Below, piece after piece: positions 51,920-63,382 of a stretch of DNA of 64,000 bases. Location: NCBI RefSeq assembly GCF_022539665.2, contig NC_081331.1, positions 2,108,001-2,172,000 of the forward strand, given 5' to 3'. Both the position numbers and the translations under genes were made by a program. Every line of letters starts with the position of its first letter. The first letter of the stretch is position 1. This DNA is from Daphnia carinata (Eukaryota). Below the pieces are notes generated by a model. It ran no database searches. It was not told where the DNA came from and saw nothing but the letters and a program-made list of their open reading frames with translations.

Positions 51920-54013
51920 TTACACTGACAAAAACTCGGCTAATAGGAAAATGGCAGTTTGCAGACAGATTGCTGGAAGTAGAAATGGCTTAAAAGTACG
52001 CAACAGTACTGTAAAGACACTAAAGAAAAACAGGAGACGTAGAACCATTCGTATCGTGTACAACCTGCAAAATTCATCAATACCATCAGTTTAAATATTA
52101 ATATACTTAAATTTTTGTTTCTAGATACCGGTTGAGGTTGCGTTTTGCAAGTGGCAGAGTGCTGGGATCATCTTTAAGGACGAAACGTCGAGTTCCTAGT
52201 ACGTAAGTTTCAAAGTAACTTTTCCAATCAATTTCGCGGACGTCAAAATAAAATGTTTTCTTGTCTTGATTTGATAACTCTTCCAGTAAACGAATGGGAT
52301 TGTTACTGAGGAATCGCCACTGATGTGTTGTGAAAAATTCCAAAGAAGAAAAGGCAAGAGCTGCTTTAGCGTACATTCGAACCTACGGATTGGTAAGAAA
52401 GAGCGTGAAAAATTTCTTTTGATTTTCTTATTCGTTAAGAAAAATAGCTCATACCCAACGAGTGCGTTTACCGGTCAAGGTGTAAAACATGTCAAACAAA
52501 TGGGCTGGGATAGTGTGAAACAGGGCTTGGTTGGCTTTGAACCAGATATCGTTGATTGTGTAAGAAGCGCTGGGATACCACATCATATCTTTGGTAGGAT
52601 ATTTCAACCAAGAATCTAAAGCAAAACGTCTCAAACCGCCCCAGGTGAGTGGGTTTCGATGGCCAGTGGTACAACTATAGACAGGCACTTCGTTTGGTCT
52701 GATAATAAAGAAATCCATGTTGGTCAGGGTGAATATTACTTGCCTGTTCAGCTTCATCTTTAACACATTGGTTTTTGTACCTACGAATGGCTAAATGCCA
52801 GGCTACAGCAATCATTAAATTGATTGGGTAATCAACGGGGATGATGTCACTAACTAGTTCTGAGTTAATCTTCATGATGCGGAAGAATCCTTTCCCGACG
52901 GCGGCTATTGTCCCTATATCGTAAAGTATCATAACGTTAACAATTATTTAAAATGATGTAATAGTTATATTTTGTTGTACCTGTTGCCCCGTTATAATTG
53001 TCAACCCAACCTGGAATAGGCTCTTTGAGTGCTCCGGTAACAATGGATGGCCTCACGATTGCCAATGGAACGTTCCCACATTGTTCTTCTAGCAGCTGCT
53101 CGGCCAAGGCTTTAGTGTAAGTATAGGTATTGGGGCAATTTCCTATTAGTCTAAAGAATATTATCACAGTGAGATCTACTGATATTCATAGACTGCAAAA
53201 TGTAACATTTCTCTCTTAGGTAAGCCCTTACTCTGGCGCAATCTTTTTTACTACGTTGTCGTCGAGGCAGTCAAGCAATTGAATTAATTTAACAGGATCA
53301 ACTTGCGAACGATAGACCTGTTCTTTCATTTCTTCCCGGTCCAAATTGTTAAAAGCCGTTGATACGTGAACGAAAGCCTGCATAAATTGGTTGGTTATGC
53401 CTCTATTTTAAAATTTGTAATCAAGACTTAAAAAAACCTCGAGACGCTTCATTTGACGGCAAATGTTCAATAGTTGCATAGGTCCTTTCACATTCATCTC
53501 GATGGCGTCCTTGAGCTCTTCATTGAATTTGATAGTTGCCGCAGAATTGAATACAATAGAAACGTTTTCAATTAAGAGATGCATATCAGAGACCGATAGA
53601 CCTAATCCAGGAAGCGTCACGTCGCCCGCCGTAGCCGTAAGTTTTGACATAACATTCAACTGCTGTTTCCTGACCGTATCGAATATCTGCGAGAAAAGGA
53701 ATTGCTATTTGGGCACTACTTTGTTCCTAACTATTTTTGTTTTCTAGAACAGGTATGAGGACGTGTTTTCTTTTTTAAATGCAAAATTTAAAACTCGTAC
53801 CTGGTTGTTGATCAGATCCTGCAAACGACATTCGACACTCTGGCCCTTGGACGGTCGCATTAAAAGGTAAATACGCTCAATTCCGGGACAGGATCGTAAA
53901 AGCTTCTCTACTAGCACTTTACCCATAAAACCCGTCGCACCGGTGATAAAGACGGAACGGCCCTTATAAAACTCAGGTATACTCAGTTGTTCCATGTTTG
54001 TATTTTCTGACAT
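51920..54013 (-). CDS. FAR: Fatty acyl-CoA reductase (NAD_binding_4 plus Sterile domain), multi-exon
   Basis: [81 protein letters not shown], hydrophobic C-terminal tail. Confidence 0.95.
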
Positions 54014-55855
54014 TGAGGTAGTCGGAAAAATACGAACAGTATAACACCAATGCAAGACGTTTTCTCGTGTAACACTATTTGGTGACTTAGTTTCTGACGG
54101 TAGGCTGCCGGAGCTTTTATTTCTTCTTGTCCCACTATGGAGAGACTGAAAGTCGTTGATAGATCCGTAAGGCAACAACTTTCTGGGGCACGGCTACAAA
54201 AAATCAAGTTTAAATGAGAAAGCCAGATTGAAAGTCTTAGCGAAAGTAAACACGTCTATAGATGCTGATCAACATTTCGACGCAATAACTTGACAGGTTG
54301 GTATGTTACGGGTTACGATTTTAGCCATCGGATAAGCACAGAGTCTCATCGACAGCATAACCGGTAACATTTGTCGCTGGGATAGGTTGTTTTCGTTAGG
54401 CTCGCGAGTTTCTCATTTCCTAGATTGTATACAACAACGGGCGCAACTAAAAGTCCTTCAACTTGAGATAAGTTGTCATATAAGTGTAAGCTTTCTGGCT
54501 AACTAGAAGGAATCAAGTTTAGCAGCGAAAGCCACTCGACGACTGAAAGTCTTCGCGAAAGTAAATTTTTCCTGTAGACAAACTTATAGAATTATCCAGA
54601 TTTCCGGCGAAAAATCGAAAGTTTAAAAGATATTCAACGTACGCGCCATTAGCATCACAGCACTAGGTTCCGTGAAATGTTTTGTACCATTCAAACCCGT
54701 GTATGCAAATATAAAAATCCGTGTGTACCATCCACACAAGAAACCTGATTTAGTTTTAGATTTGTCAGGCTGCAAGGTTAATCGCGACAAAGATGAGCTA
54801 CAAATGATTCTAGAGGCAAAGAAAATTTGTATTACACTAATGTTCATCATGCGTATTAGAGTGTTGAAAAGGAAGATGTTGATAAACAAAATAATACTAT
54901 CACAATCCCTTGTGTTTTTTTACCCTAATGTGCGTAAAAATCAAATTATCCGTGAAAGCGACCCCATCTCTGAATTGCCGTTGCGTTTTCTTTTTTCAAG
55001 TACATCATATGAATAAGTAATACACCTCAGATAATTAAAACAACTTTCACTTTTGCTATGACCGACCGGATCTCGATCGACCTAGTTGCTTTGCTTGCCT
55101 TAGTGTATATATACTGTACATAGTAATCCTATGCCAAAAAAAGAACACATTCCTAAGTGCGGAGACATTTAAACTCGTATATAGATGAATCAGGCTCATA
55201 CAGATTCGTCCGGTCGATAACCAAGTTCACAAGCGAATGAACAAAACTGATGCGTACATGCATATCTCAAAGACGACTAAGATGTTATCCATTTTCTTCA
55301 ATTTCCCGAGTGCTTAAAAAAAAATTTCTCAGGCTCGCTTTCATAAACAAAAATTGCCAACTAATAGGCTACTAGGTAAGCTGAAAACAACCTTATGGAA
55401 TGCGTCATCCTTGACTTGGCAGTAACCAGCATGATATGGTTTTTAATGCCATCTTTTTATGTGAAAGAGAAAAAAGAAACGAAATTTTTGAGACGTGATA
55501 AAAAAAAAATTCGATATTAGTTTGGCGATCAAATGATTTACGGTAAAGGAACCAGCAATTAAGGAATGTACGGGAGGCCACAGGACCCACTTTTTTACTG
55601 ACAACCCTTCGTTTCATGTTTACTATTTATTTCGGGAATTTTAAAGAGATCCTGCACTGGCATCACTGACAACGTACCTTCCATTCCAACGCCCCATCAA
55701 CCATTTTGGAAATACACCGACTATTTCTGCTGCATAGCGCTAGCGCTATAGCGTACTGGCGCGCTATCATCAGAAATATTCGGTGCCTTTCAAAACGATT
55801 AACTCAATGAAAAAAATAGCAATTTTCCCAGAATCAGCATTCAATTCTGATTATA

Positions 55856-55939
55856 TCTATGGCAATCCGTTTTACCCCCCCCCCCCCCAAAAAAAAATTG
55901 GCCTTTTTTTTCTTTTTTACAGCTATGGCCATCTAGCGG
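55856..55939 (+). repeat. Copy 1 of a short repeat family (TATGGCAATCCGTTTTACCC...)
   Basis: 22-bp perfect inverted match to 60841-60862 and 20+ bp direct match to 60687; looser similarity over ~85-110 bp. Confidence 0.8.
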
Positions 55940-58344
55940 CCAGATTCCTATTTAATTTTCTGATTCATTCCTTCAGACATGGATTGGATAATATGGTTAC
56001 TTGAACACTGGATTTGCAAATGCAGTACAGCTGACTTATGTTTCACATGGTCAGTTGGAGATTTCCCAGGCAAAATTTCTAGTAACTCAGCATTTGGTAC
56101 CATCTTTACTATAATTTTATACAGTATCCTGCATGTCTCATTAATTAAGATTTAAATCCTTTTATAGATTGTCACATCAGTGAGCAAGGTTCAGTTTAGG
56201 GATTGAGAGCCCTCAGCGACTATAACACCTAGCCCATATTCAAATTGTAGCACTTGATTGCTGCCACTGATTCTTCAAAATGCCTATCTTGTATGGAATG
56301 CTTGACAGCCAAATGGTACTCCGACGTCACATAAATATCAATTGTTTACTTTATTTACATTTATTAAAAATTTTTGAAGGAATGATTTAAACAAATGCCA
56401 AAGGTGAGATATGCTGGAAAAGCTTGATATGAATGTGTAGACGTAGTTTTGGAATTCAGAGGTGCAGCCGGCTGTTGGGTAAAATTTCATTTAAATTTTG
56501 TTTCAATTCAATATGTTTTAGTTACTATTTGTGTGATTACACAAAGGATTGCGCCATCCAGGCAATGTGGATATTCTGCCATGTACATGATAAACCGAGG
56601 ATTCTTCGTCAACATGCAAGATGTTACTCCCTGGTAATGCTTTTCTGCTGAGTTTGTTTAGTTTTCTAATTTTAATTGTCAATGTTGTATTAGTAAACTA
56701 CTGTTGGCGGAAAAGCTGATACATTGGGAAAACGGTTATGGCAAGTGCGATGAATAAATCACCATAGGTCAGTTGTCTTGCCTTCACAATTGCAACGAAG
56801 ATGAATCATGGAGTCAAAAACATTAAAAGGTGGTACTATTTTCAATTTTTTAATTGTTTTAATTGGTGTATCGCTAAGTGCTGATACATGTGTAGAACAT
56901 GCTGGAATTCATGTCATCCTGGAGAGGACTAAAAAAAACGAGCTTTATCCAGGAAGCAGCTCATTAATCATGTCCCAAACGATTGTCTGCGTCAGCCAGC
57001 AATCTTTCAATGGCTAACAAGCATTTAATAGTTTTGAAAATCGCGGTTTGCACTCCCTAAGGCGACATTCCTTAATCCTCACCTGTCAATAGATTTGAGT
57101 GCAACCATTTCTATTCTGAACTGTCGCCTACGAAATTCTTTTTCCATAAAACCAGGTGATATGATGTTATAATGGAAATTGTTGTCAAGACTGCCGATAC
57201 CAGGTACATTGTTTATCTTAACGTTTAGTGATCAAAACAACCAACTTTGTAACCTATCTGTTTTTTATGGTGCATGGAACGTCCAACCGGAAAGCCCATG
57301 GAAGATCTCTGTGTCGAACACGAAGGGTTCTTCCAAACTTTCGTATTCAAGTTTTGGCTATGGTGATCATTTGCAACTGCATAGCCTTTTAGAAGCTCCT
57401 GCCAGGAATCTACAGGAATATGGCAGATGATGAATTTATGTACCATGTAAGCGATATCAATAAGAACGTCTTATGCTTATCTATGTTTTATTTTCTTAAT
57501 TTAGATTAATAGCAATAGTGAACCTGCGAAGGTTTCTGGTTGGGATGTGATGACGAAAAGTTATAATAATTTGAAGTACAGAATTGAATTTCCCTCCATC
57601 AGTCGCCTGTGTATTCCCGCGTATTACGGTATTAATTATTAAAAAATTGAAGTGCATATCTGGGCTCCCTTCCTTTCCGTAGCCCCGTTTCCCCTTGACT
57701 CGTAATAAGCCCGTAGGGGGTCATGCCCCTACTGTACGGTATATATAAAAATAACATATACCGAGGTTTGGAGGGCTCTGGCCGGAAAGGGGACGTGGGG
57801 GTCCGCTTAGTCCGATGATGTGTTCACGGAGGGCGACGTGGCTACCCACAAATCCGAACTAAAGGTTAATCGCTCCAGTAAAAATGTTCCAAATCTTCGG
57901 CTCTTCTTCCGGCTTCTCTTAGCCAATCACCGGGTAATCTCCCCGGTGGGTCAACAAGGCAGTGTCTCCCCCTGCCTGGGTTGACGGCAACTTTTGAAAG
58001 GGCTATTGTGCCTTTTTAAAGTTGCAAAAATAATTCTAATGTGCAGAGAATTGTCAATAAAATTTTTTTTATAAAATATTTTTTCCAAAATTTGTTTCTT
58101 TTGTTGTCTGTTTTCGCTGTGTTCACACAATACGTTTATCAACTTTTTTTTTAGTTGGCGTGCTCATTTCATCGTTTTTGCCACCGTGAGGTATGCATCA
58201 TTCCCATAGGTTTATCGTTTATCTGTAAGTATTTCATTATTATTTATTACACTCTTTGAATTCTTCAACTTAGATTCAAGGAACAACGTGTAATACATGG
58301 ATATTTTCTGAAGTAATTTTATATTTGTATTTTATTTTACTCGT

Positions 58345-58404
58345 ATTGGAACCGATCCCCAGACATTCAGCGTGCAACGCCGATGCTCTAACATTGAGCC
58401 ACGA
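58345..58404 (-). pseudogene. Degenerate tRNA-Ala(TGC)-like sequence
   Basis: Minus strand TGGCTCAATGTTAGAGCA-TCGGC-GTTGCAC-GCTGA-ATGTC-TGGGGATCGGTTCC: D-arm and anticodon arm pair; T-stem and acceptor stem are broken. Confidence 0.55.
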
Positions 58405-58511
58405 GATATATTTAAATTTTTTATTATCGCATATCATAGGTTATCGTCTAGGATGTTTATGCAGTCTTTCACAACTATATGTTTATCTGTCCATTGCTTA
58501 CATAAGGTCCA

Positions 58512-58564
58512 TAGCTCTGTGGTAGAGCCTTTAGCTGCTATATATGTTACCTAGGGTTCAAACC
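58512..58564 (+). pseudogene. tRNA-like Pol III A-box/B-box module
   Basis: A box TAGCTCTGTGG(TAGAGC), B box GGTTCAAACC at tRNA-like spacing; no complete cloverleaf. Confidence 0.5.
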
Positions 58565-58697
58565 TCAGTAGATGTATAAAATGAAGCAGAATAAATGTAG
58601 AAAAGAATGTTGCAGTATTGCACTTCACTTTTATTCTAAGTGTAAATGCAAGTCCGCAAGTGACTAGAAAAAAGCCAACTTGACATCATATAATTCA

Positions 58698-58752
58698 TGG
58701 TTCATTGGTAAAGCATCGGCGCGGTATGCCAAACATCCAGGGTTCGATCCCT
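58698..58752 (+). pseudogene. tRNA-like Pol III A-box/B-box module, diverged mirror of 58345-58404
   Basis: TGGTTCATTGGTAAAGCATCGGCG...AGGGTTCGATCCCT; perfect B box; shares AGCATCGGCG with the minus-strand copy. Confidence 0.55.
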
Positions 58753-60686
58753 AAATAATAATAGAATGCTTACAGATAAACGATAAACCAATGGAAACAT
58801 TGGTTACCATCAAAGGTGGCATAAACAATAAAAGTGAATCGAGCAAGCTAAATGAAAAAAAAATTGAAAAATGTAATGTGTAAACACATCGAAAACAGAC
58901 AACAAAAGAAACAAATTTTGGAAAAAATATTTTATAAAAAAAATTTTATTGACAATTCTCTGCACATTAGAATTATTTTTGCAACTTTAAAAAGGCACAA
59001 TAGCCCTTTCAAAAGTTGCCGTCAACCCAGGCAGGGGGAAACACTGCCTTGTTGACCCACCGGGGAGATTACCCGGTGATTGGCTAAGAGAAGCCGGAAG
59101 AAGAGCCGAAGATTTGGAACATTTTTACTGGAGCGATTAACCTTTAGTTCGGATTTGTGGGTAGCCACGTCGCCCTCCGTGAACACATCATCGGACTAAG
59201 CGGACCCCCACGTCCCCTTTCCGGCCAGAGCCCTCCAAACCTCGGTATATGTTATTTTTATATATACCGTACAGTAGGGGCATGACCCCCTACGGGCTTA
59301 TTACGAGTCAAGGGGAAACGGGGCTACGGAAAGGAAGGGAGCCCAGATATGCACTTCAATTTTTTAAATATAAAATACCGTCTCGGGAATCCGAATGAAG
59401 TATAGAAATGTCATGTTATCCATCCAATCATTACAATTTATTCAGTGTCTTGCCCCAACCAAGAATCTTTTCAGATCCAATGTTACTATTAACCTATACT
59501 GAGAAAAGAAAAACAACACCATTAAGCATCTCAATTGTTGCTCATGTGACTTACATGACTCATAGATTCAACTTCTGGTGGAAGCTTGGGAAAGGACATA
59601 CAAATTGCAGATTAACATCATTGTATAAGGCTCTTGAATGATAAACTAGCACCCGTAGAATGTTGCATTGTTGATAGTTGTGTTCCCAGTATATGAAAAT
59701 CCTTTCCTATTGGATACATTTTTTTTTTTGTAGATTAGACATGGTTGGCAAAAAGGAGGAGAAATGCTTCGTCATAAATTCAAAAATTTTTCAAGAAAAT
59801 TCCTTTCATACCTAAAGAGTCCATGTATGATGTTCATTGCTGCAATGCCAGCGAAGTGAAACATCTTCAGGGCCATTTAACTACCCAGCTTCACCAACAC
59901 TCTGAACGTAAAGGACAAGTTGTTCTTTAGCAAGAGAAGCAGAATTATTTGAGGCTTCTAGCTGTGACAGAACTATAAAGGATTGCTGTTATACAAGATT
60001 CATTTACACAAGATGGTACTTCTCATCAGACAATGTGCATACTCTATTACTTTACCTCATACCTTAATGGTAATGCACTCTCAGTGTTTTTTCAACTGTA
60101 GGCTCACTCTTCCATCCTGTAACACTTCCAGACTTGACTTGGTTCCCCACTAAAATTCTGTGAATGCAAAATAATAGCATTAAAAATACTTTTTCGATAG
60201 ACAAAAAACCGAAAAGTACCTAATCCATGTTTGATGTTGAACTCATGCCATTTCTGGGTTTCCGTACCACACCCATTTTCGGCAGTCTTTATGGTAATAT
60301 TAATCAAAGCCACATGTACCACTATGAAATGGATGTTGAAAAGCAAATAAAAACCTGTTGAGATGGATATCAGGAGAATCAGAATAGATCTCAATCAACT
60401 TCAGTTATTCTTTTCCCTATAGTACTTAGTGACATAGCATAATAGATATACCTGCCTCAATTCAGAACCATAGACCAACGGAAAAGAACACAGAAATGTA
60501 GCTGTGAAAGCAGATCAGTTTAGAACACAGGATCAGGTATAGATCATCTAAGAGTAGACCTAAAATGCAAAGACAAAAATATTGGGCATAATTGCAGTTT
60601 ACCAAACATAGTAGCAAAATAAAATAATTGTCAAAGAAAGACATATGCACACTTGGGTTAGCGAATGGGTAAGTCTGATGCAATGT

Positions 60687-60862
60687 ATGGCAATCCGTTT
60701 TACCCCCGCCCCCCCCCCCTCCCCCAAAAAAAAAATAAAAATAAAAATATCGGCCTTACTTTCTGTTTTACTGCTACCCACCGGTAGATGGCGATAGCAG
60801 TGAAATAGAAAAAAAAGACCGATATTTTTCTTTCTTTTTTGGGTAAAACGGATTGCCATAGA
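60687..60862. mobile_element. MITE-like hairpin (copies 2 and 3 of the short repeat family in inverted orientation)
   Basis: TATGGCAATCCGTTTTACCC ... GGGTAAAACGGATTGCCATA 20-bp terminal inverted repeat with imperfect internal symmetry. Confidence 0.65.
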
Positions 60863-61106
60863 CACACTCACAATTTAACGCTGATTTCGATCAAGTCATT
60901 GGTTTTCTAGTTAAACCAGAGATTTTACCTTTCAAATTACATGGTACCCATACTCACCACACCAGCGCCACTTGGTACCCACGGAGCAATAGCACTTCTT
61001 GCCACTAGAACCCCGTGATTCCACGGGGCAATACATCTTACCGACAAAATATTATAGAACGTAAACATACTAGGCCGTTTCAAAGGATTCTATTTGAAAC
61101 CGCAAA

Positions 61107-62109
61107 ATGTTTTTTAAACGTTCAATAACAGCAATCCGGAATTTCCCCAGAAATTATTGCTCAAAGTCAACGTTAAGTGAAGATGAAATACAAAAGTTCA
61201 GTAAAATGGCAAATGAATGGTGGGATATTAATGGGCCATTTAATGGCTTACATTCGCTGAACCAACTAAGGTAATTTAACGCCGAATATCTTTAAAGTCC
61301 AGCTTTAGACTCAAGTGAAAATTTTAGAGTACCGTTTGTAAGAAAAGGAATATCTTCCTATCAAAAATCAGCTGTGAAAAATGCTACTCCTGCAAGCCTT
61401 TTGGCTGGGTGTTCAATCCTAGATGTTGGATGTGGTGGAGGCATTTTAAGTGAAAGCTTAGGTCGTTTGGGTGCAACCGTTACAGCAATTGATCCCAGTG
61501 AAGAAAATGTTGCAGCTGCCTCTCTTCATGCACAGAAACTTATGCTTAACAATGTGACATATGAAGTCAATTCTGTGGAAAATTTTAAGAACTTGAATCC
61601 GACTACTCATTTTGATGCAATTACTGCATCAGAAGTTATTGAGCATGTCGAAAATCCTGAATTTTTCATCCAAACCTGCACCGATTTGCTAAAGGTACTT
61701 GATATTTGCCAAGTTTACCTTGCTTTTGTAACTGAAATGTTTTTCATAGCCAGGAGGATCTTTATTTATAACAACAATAAATCGAACTGCAGCTTCATGG
61801 GCCCTTGCCATTGGTGCTGCAGAATATGTCCTCACTGTTGTTCCTAAGGGGACCCATGATTGGAATAAGTTTGTCACTCCAGATGAACTCAATTTCTTCA
61901 TTACTAAGAGTATGTTGTTTGTTGGAAAAATTAATAGTTATTCATAACAGGTTTTCTTTATTTATTTTTGTTATTAATTAATTTTAGATAATTGTCAATT
62001 GCGACAGCTTCATGGAATGGCCTACAATCCGTTCACTAACAAATGGCATTGGTCCAAATGCACTAGTGTCAACTATGCTCTTCACGCTACAAAATCAGTT
62101 CACAATTAG
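61107..62109 (+). CDS. COQ3: Ubiquinone biosynthesis O-methyltransferase, 4 exons
   Basis: Mitochondrial-type presequence, EIQKFSKMANEWWDINGPFNGLHSLNQLR, ILDVGCGGGILSESLGRLGA, SEVIEHV, TTINRT, AEYVL..VPKGTHDWNKFVTP, GMAYNP. Confidence 0.95.
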
Positions 62110-62523
62110 CGTCTAACCTTACGAAAGATCTGGATTGTTATTGTTTTTCGAATACTAGGTTACCATTATGAACCTTAACGGTGGTTTGTGTTATATTTTA
62201 TACTTAGTTGAACATCCGGCAATAGCTCATTGTTAATAAAAGAAAAAAATTGTTGAATGGAATACATGAGGTGCGTGGCATTAAAAAAACACTATTGTTT
62301 TTTAGTAAATGGATGCAACTGCTTCAACATATGTTCACTTTGTCGTCTCGCGTTACAAGCGGTCAAATCAGGAAGAGCGCAGGGTTACATGAATTTCATT
62401 TACGATACACTTCAGTTTGTTTAACGTGATGCGATTAAACTTTACCGTACAGCTTGGTGTTAAAAACCCCTTGATTCTTCGAATTTTCGCGCTGCCACGT
62501 CAGCCAAGAGTTCCAGCAAAGAA

Positions 62524-63382
62524 TTAAATATCACGGGCTTTAATCGGTAATGCAGCACCGTAACGTTTTTTTGCCTCTGCTTTGTAAGCACTAACCATTT
62601 CCCTTATAACTAGGTGTGAGAACATCTGTGAAATTTGCGTGTGCAATAACGAACGGAATTCATATGACAAGTAAAAGTCAAGCGTGCAAGTGTTAGGGTT
62701 TCCGTTAAGTCCAGGACTGAATTTCCAGATTGTCACCATGTCTTTGAACAGACCCCCATCCACGCTCACCGACTTTACAAATGTTGGTGAAGCTAGCGTG
62801 AAACTGCATGCACAACTTTCTGCTCCAAAAGGTGGAAATCTAAATGATAAATCGGCTGTCAGATGGTGAGGCGTTTTTTGGGATGTGACTACTGAACTTG
62901 TACAGTACGGAATAAAATCCTTGTAATGCTCAACGTCAGAGACAATATTAAATAGTTGCTCCACAGAATACCTGCAAAAATGTATAATCTTCAATTAATA
63001 AAAAAAAATTGTTGGCCGACAAATTGTCTACCCTAATAATATTTTTTCAGAATAATTCTTTTTTCCGTTTTCCATTTGCAGCCCAACCGGTAGTTTAAAG
63101 CCACGGTTTGGGATAAATAGGTTCGTTGTTTTAAATTCTCTATGAAATAAACGTGAAGGGAAATTTTCCTCCTGCCATTGTCCAGCAGCTTGTGTTGCAA
63201 TGCATTGAGTATGAACGCATTTTCTACAGAAAATAAAAGGTAAAACTTTCAGCCAAGATATCGATTGAATGAAAAATGATTACAATAATTTACCTGGAAA
63301 ACGAAATCACGTTCTTCCTTGTTAGTTGCGTTTTACAACCATGAAAAATGACAGCTAGAGGTGAAGAGTAGCTTTTTAACAT
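62524..63382 (-). CDS. COQ10: Coenzyme Q-binding START-domain protein, 3 exons
   Basis: Presequence MLKSYSS..., NYSEKILLG|YSVEQLFNIVSDVEHYKDFIPYC, FPP, WKFSPG, YEFRSLLH, MVSAYKAEAKKRYG. Confidence 0.9.

Larger units (their letters stand above)
57639..59367. mobile_element. Foldback-like element: ~478-bp near-perfect inverted arms (57639-58116 / 58890-59367) around a ~770-bp spacer
   Basis: Arms are reverse complements with no net indel (one substitution seen near 57968); mirrored ORFs 57951..58142(-) and 58852..59055(+); no transposase or TSD identified, so the inverted repeat is certain but mobility is inferred. Confidence 0.7.

Noticed and set aside
55734..55749. 16-bp perfect palindrome ATAGCGCTAGCGCTAT
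   Set aside because: Built from repeated TAGCGC units; no assignable function.
58345..58752. Functional tRNA genes
   Set aside because: Acceptor and T or anticodon stems are broken; kept only as tRNA-derived modules.
57951..59055. Two near-identical short ORFs on opposite strands
   Set aside because: By-product of the inverted repeat; low-complexity, no coding signature.
63322..63342. ATG at 63342 as the COQ10 start
   Set aside because: It closes after six codons; the in-frame start is 63382.
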